A stretch of DNA of 64,000 nt, from positions 2,914,001 to 2,978,000 of the forward strand of contig CATNEN010000034.1 in NCBI GenBank assembly GCA_950097015.1. The letters are read 5' to 3'. Shown here piece after piece: positions 59,839 through 64,000 of this stretch. The position numbers and the translations under genes are program-made. The notes under the pieces were generated by a model. That model was not told the DNA's origin. It worked only from the letters and a program-made list of their open reading frames with translations, and did not search any database. Position 1 is the stretch's first letter. Each line of letters begins with the position of its first letter. Source of the stretch: Macrostomum hystrix. Taxonomy: Eukaryota; Animalia; Platyhelminthes.

Positions 59839-60985
59839 GGGAAGGCCCGCATTTGGCAACTCGGCCGAGGCTTCCTCAGCCGACTTTTTAACCTCTGCGT
59901 CGATGGCAATCAGAAGGTCTCGCGCTCCGCGAATGTACTCGGCGCGCTTCGCGGCCTCTTCTGTGGGTCGACGCTGCTGCTCTGACATTCGGCGAAGAGT
60001 CTCCGCCAGGTCGTCCAGATCCCAGCCGATGCTCTTCACCGACTTGCTGATCTCTTCTGGTATAGTGTTTCATTGTATCACAATAATTGGACAGTGTACG
60101 AGCTATATTAGCAACTAATTAAAGCCATTGTACACTCCAACACCTGACAGCGATCTTGCCTACCACTATCATTCTTTCAATTCCCTTAAATTGAGTCAAT
60201 TCCACAGATAATATATAACTTATTATATATTATCTGTGGTCAATTCATGTTCGGCAAATTGTGCTAAATTTAGGATTTTTAAAACTATAATTGGGCATGA
60301 GTAGCCTCAGTAAATTGACCTTGTTAAAGGGTCTCGCGTTAATTAGTTTTAGAGTTCCAAGTCTTTAAAGTTAACTAATTATGACCTTGCATAACTAAGG
60401 GGCCAGTTGGCAGAGCAGCTATTACGCGTTTGCCTGTCGCACAAGAATGCTTGAGCTCGATTCGACGGCGAGGCCACATTCCTTTGGGACGCAGCCGCGA
60501 AGATAATGCTTGGTGGTGCAATTTACTTCCTTAAAGGCCAACCTCCAAGGCAGAGTGAGAGTGTACACTGCCTGTCGATGAAAAAGTCAGGACAGATGTG
60601 AGCGTATGCCTGCATGCGTACGGTATCTGTGTACGTGTGTGGGCAGAATTGCCTCCTCACTGGCTGCGATTCTATACTGCTACCAAATGATGTGCCTGTA
60701 CCCACAGTCCTCCTGCACCTGCACCTATTTTTTCTATACCTGGCACAAATATACATACATCGCTACATTATACTTTCTATTTGTAAATTACGTCACGAAC
60801 CAAAATTCTGTCCTACCACTCAACCAGTTGAACTCGTCCTCCGCCTCCATCAGCTCCTCCTGAGAAGTGAGTTCTCCGGCGTCGCTTTTCACGCGTCGCC
60901 AGCGGTCTAGGCTCTCCTGCAGCAGCTTCAGCTTGCTGTCCAGTGCACGCTTGTCCAGCTCGAATGGGTCCTGAGAATTCGGCAT
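59437..60985 (-). CDS. Syntaxin-6/10-like protein: N-terminal Habc domain, poly-Q, C-terminal TM, no recognisable SNARE motif, about 262 aa
   Basis: Exons 60985-60817 and 60056-59437 are in phase (...FNWLS|EEISKSVKSIGWDLDDLAET...). DPF...RW...EEL...W...SIGWDLDDL.ET...R..YI matches the Syntaxin-6 N-terminal domain. About 25 pure CAG codons lie at 59761-59835, and the TM is PVVLFVGVVLVLVLIILIISVA. Confidence 0.8.
60399..60730 (+). mobile_element. tRNA-derived SINE, family A (in the syntaxin-like intron)
   Basis: Homologous to the copies at 7160 and 17197, in the opposite orientation. Confidence 0.7.
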
Positions 60986-63096
60986 TGCGGATGCTGTGCC
61001 TATGTCGTGAGACTGAGGAACTAGGTTCGAAACAATTTTTGGAGGCAGTAAATTCTTGCGCGTGAGCGCAAATTAACCAGGAGAGATACAGCAACTGTCG
61101 CTTATCTCAACGATTCGCAGCCAAGAGTTTCTGCCAATAATATTCGACTCTAATGCGAGGGACATGTGAGCTTTAGGCTGTGGCGTATAACATTGCACAT
61201 TACAATTCGGTTTTGGTCAATTGCACACTGTACATCTCATGCTAATCGAGTACACTTTGCGTAGATTTGCGCAGCGAGTGTGCTATCGAGTGTGCGTGAA
61301 ATTCGCAGTCGAACCTTTCTGGATGAGACTTGCCTGCAGGTAGCAGTATTGCCATGCAAGACATAAATTATTTTGCAGCATGCAATAAATTACCCTTGGA
61401 TGGAAAGCACAACTACAATCGCTACTTATGTGATGAAATTAACAAATTCACTGCTTGTATAGCTTCCTACAGCTAAATTCACTTAAAATATTATGAATTA
61501 ATCTGCTGTACTATGAGACATTGTATTTCTCCATAATCTGATATTAATTGATTCAGCAATGAAAAATGCTTCGAAATGAGGTGCCACTGACTCAATAGGA
61601 AAGCTATTCAAAATTTGAGCGAGTCCCCATAATATAGCTATTTAGTCCAACCATTACATAGCAAACGCGGGGATTTTGCGGCCTCTCGACCTGATAATGA
61701 TACTGTTGAGCAGTGAAAGTTAACTTTTGATTGTCTTATCTTCAGATGGATCGCGAAGTAGTTTCAACGATCGAGCTCGTGTAGAGAACCCCTAGCTAAA
61801 TGCTATGCAATAAAATGCTAGTCTGCACGACACACTATACAGTTATCTTACTTTTTTAAAGCAGTTGAAGAAAATGGGCTTAATGGCCACCAAAATAACA
61901 CCAAAATTTGTGAACGTCATTACTTATAATTACGCAATTTTCATGCTGACGATCAGCTATATTATATCACTACTACTACTATCAGCATGACTCACTTTGT
62001 TCAATTGATCATAAGTTTAATATTGCAATCAATTTGAATCACCATGTTCCGAATGCATTACGAGGGCGCATCTTTCTTATCAGCGAGTTGATAATTGATA
62101 ATTAATATAAAAAATAACTCGTCACTTTTTAGGAAATTTTCATTTCCTCATTTTATTTCGACGTTGCTGGCCTGCCGGCTAACGTTAATCGAAAAAACGT
62201 CGCTCGACTAGTCAAGGACCACTGTAGTATACTACAGTATATGTAGTTATACTACAGTGGTCCTTGCGACTAGTACGTCGCTCGGCAAACTTTGCCAGTC
62301 ACGCGCGAACGTCCGCATGGCAATCCGGGAGTTCTGCCATTGTTGTAGCGTGTTTTCATCCTATTAAAACACAATAAAAATTTACAGAAAAGTGATGTGA
62401 TCCAAGATGTGATAAAAAACAGAAAGTTAACTACTTGTTTTATTAAATAAAAATGAACACCTTGTGTTTTACGTATTAAGTTAAAATTACAAAATATGTT
62501 ACATGTTTGAAAAATATCCATTCTGTGCCGTGCACACGTTTCAAGGGACCTGTTACTGGTCAGTACCAGTAAATAAACTTTACTCGTGTCGTGTAATTCC
62601 TCTGTATGTAAAAACGATATAAGAAGATCTGTGGGGTACAAAAATAATACTTTCTCTTTATTTTACAGCAGTCGTTGTTGTTGTTATTAAGTTTGGGGTA
62701 AAACACGGGGTTTTTAGGCCCTGCTTCACGTTCACGCGCATCAGCCGAAGCTCTTACGCTTACAACAGTAGTTAATTTTGTTCGGTAATTAAGAACATTT
62801 GCGCTCGCAACAAGACTCTAGAACAGTCATAGGAAATCCTGTGTTATTTATTACTTAAAAGTTAGTACTATGTATTGTGTGCAGTGCAGTATATTCATCG
62901 TCCTATTTTTTCGCAGCTATTTTGTATATTCACGTATATTGTAGTGTTAGAAGTGTAAAACTATAATGCATTCAGCTAAGGTAGAACTCATTAATACATT
63001 TCATTAATAAATACTTGGGGCCTGGGTCAAAGTAAAGTAGAAGGCCCCACATTATGTGTGTGAACTTTGTCTTCATGTAATCTCTATAGTCTAGAG

Positions 63097-63366
63097 CAGG
63101 GGTCAGCCAGATGCTGCCCTCAAAGCTCACAAATCTGGCCCATTGCCTCTTCAAACACATTCAGTGTCCTGTCTCATCTTTCCCCTGTCTTGTCTCTCCC
63201 ATATCTCATCTCTCCTGTGTCTTATCTCTCCTCTGTCTCATCTCCCCCTGTCATATCTTCTCTGTCTCATCTCTCCCCTATATCATATTTCTACAGTCAA
63301 TGCAGGCCACTATCATCATTTAGGTTCTTTCTTTGGCCCACTAGCTAATAAAACTGCCAACCCCTC
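63097..63366. mobile_element. Second, shorter and older copy of the same hAT MITE
   Basis: Starts CAGGGGTCAGCCAGATGCTGCCCTC and ends CTGCCAACCCCTC. The flanks GTCTAGAG and GTCTAGCA form a degenerate TSD. Internal segments are shared with 34406-35165. Confidence 0.75.
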
Positions 63367-63524
63367 GTCTAGCACTTCCTTCAGTCCCACTCCCAACACA
63401 ACTTTTCATGCCTATGAATAAAGAAATTATATTTTATCAGTGTAATAAAGTGCTTTTGCAATAAATTATGTGAAATCATGTCTGTTTGACTTTGACCCCC
63501 ACCCAATGGCTAGGGGTTAGAAAA

Positions 63525-63710
63525 AACGGATCCTAGTCATTTCGTCAACTGCCATTTCGTCAACTGGACACATCGTCAACCCGTTCCCCGTATTGGTCGT
63601 TTCGTCAACCAACCAATAGGATACTTTCAAAGCTTGGTTATTTCGTCAACTGTTCAATGGGACGATGTCAACTTTTTGTCACTTCGTCAACTGCCAATAA
63701 TACACGCCCC
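63525..63710. mobile_element. DNA-transposon end with TTTCGTCAAC subterminal repeats
   Basis: At least six (T)TCGTCAAC motifs within 190 bp. The partner end was not seen in the window. Confidence 0.4.
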
Positions 63711-64000
63711 GCATGAAACTTTTTCCCGTTGCATGTTTATTCAATGCAGCCCTCCTCCTTTCTCATTCTGGGCTTGGGACCAGACAATGGCGGAGTTACT
63801 GCCACAAAGATACAGTAATTGTATGGTAAAAAAGGAAAAATGCATTGCACAAAATCACAAAGATCACAAAGGCCACCACAAAGGTCACAATCAAATATAA
63901 AGCTGAAGTCATGCGCAGACTGTACAGTACACTTATCCACTTACGTACGTACTAGTCCTGCTGCTGCTGCTGCACCTGTTGCCGCTGTCTGTACGCAAAC

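Overview
This window is eukaryotic (animal) genomic DNA. It has spliced genes with GC-rich exons, about 20 minisatellite arrays, tRNA-derived SINEs, MITEs and decayed retroelements. The style fits a flatworm such as Macrostomum, but that is inference only. There are no prokaryotic features and no CRISPR array. I reconstructed these genes by hand from GT/AG sites and codon phase: (1) the 5' part of a cyclic-nucleotide-gated channel alpha subunit (-); (2) a zyxin/LPP-like LIM protein (+); (3) a REXO5/REXO1-like DEDDh exonuclease (-); (4) an SNX22/24-like PX protein (-); (5) a Gal-3-O-sulfotransferase (-); (6) a two-exon, 101-aa secreted prepropeptide missed by the ORF track, ending in KR-CRIGRAACML-G (+); (7) a CUB-MAM-MAM-LDLa-TM receptor (-) and a pseudogenised tandem paralog interrupted by a Myb-only Harbinger element; (8) a syntaxin-6-like protein with a poly-Q tract and no recognisable SNARE motif (-). 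Also present are a heavily deleted ACSF2-like acyl-CoA synthetase pseudogene and a 2.85-kb long-TIR element with an 8-bp TSD. Two minisatellites visibly arose from parts of transposable elements. I did not find a clear multi-gene novel system. The best leads are the candidate neuropeptide, the SNARE-less syntaxin, the receptor pair and the long-TIR cargo element. All family calls come from recalled motifs, not database searches.
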